From NCBI RefSeq assembly GCF_009914755.1, contig NC_060926.1: DNA of 64,000 nucleotides; one strand, 5' to 3'. The DNA is from the human T2T-CHM13v2.0 reference genome, Homo sapiens. This document shows, in pieces, positions 62,414-64,000 of the stretch. The notes beneath the pieces are model-generated. The model searched no databases, was not told the origin of the DNA, and was given only the letters and a program-made list of their open reading frames with translations. Every line of letters starts with the position of its first letter. Within the stretch, counting starts at the first letter, position 1. A program made the position numbers and the translations under genes.

Positions 62414-62730
62414 TCAGCCCTGGTACGCTGAGAGCTCTTGGGAAGAGCATTCATTTTTAAAATCCTTTTGCTTTTGCTAACATAATGGCTAAGCTATCAG
62501 AGATAAGGAAAAACAGGGTGGAGTTGGGTTGGGTGGGATGTGGTGTTATTTCAGAGCCTAGATTTTTCTGCAACGTGACATCAGTGTTTCCCAGCCTACT
62601 CTATCAAACTTTACAAAGTTGTAGCTTTTTTATAGTTTTGAGAATCAGGGAAGCAAAATATAGCATTTTCTTACCCATCTAGTGTTGAGTCAGCTATGAT
62701 GCTTTGAAAGAAGGATAGGACCAGGGTTAT
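62414..62730 (-). repeat. Right arm of long inverted repeat
   Basis: See left arm; includes a 65-nt perfectly complementary stretch gtggtgttatttcagagcc...cctactctat. Confidence 0.95.

Positions 62731-64000
<1,270 letters not shown>

Noticed and set aside
61458-62682. Pair of near-identical ORFs (89 aa minus, 65 aa plus) resembling a duplicated microprotein
   Set aside because: The similarity is a consequence of the inverted repeat; starts differ, indels shift the frame between arms, and there is no family motif or splice evidence

Overview
Primate (very likely human) genomic DNA, + strand. Positions 14-6034 hold the last seven coding exons of the neuromedin S gene (NMS; exons 4-10 by my recollection of the human gene, chr2q11.2). 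They were missed by the ORF track and reconstructed by hand from GT-AG boundaries. Spliced translation: DNQDIYKR|FLFHYSRTQEATHPVKTG|FPPVHPLMHLAAKLANRRMKRILQR|GSGTAAVDFTKK|DHTATWGRPFFLFR|PRNGRNIEDEAQ|IQW*, followed by a poly(A) signal at 6159. The remaining ~58 kb is repeat-dense intergenic sequence: about 45 Alus, old L1 fragments, MaLR/ERV1/ERVL solo LTRs, MIR/L2/MER5. The most notable non-routine items are (i) an ARPP19 retrocopy with a full-length intact 112-aa ORF that keeps the Greatwall site but has lost the PKA consensus, (ii) a ~317-bp, ~94%-identical inverted repeat of apparently non-TE sequence at 61.4-62.7 kb, (iii) a palindrome/tandem-repeat cluster replacing an Alu tail at 29.4 kb, and (iv) the all-phase-0 modular exon design of NMS, which could yield shorter amidated peptides. 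I found no evidence for a wholly new multi-gene system. Repeat family names and boundaries are from memory of consensus sequences and are approximate. Nearly all ORFs in the supplied track are Alu/L1/random artefacts.
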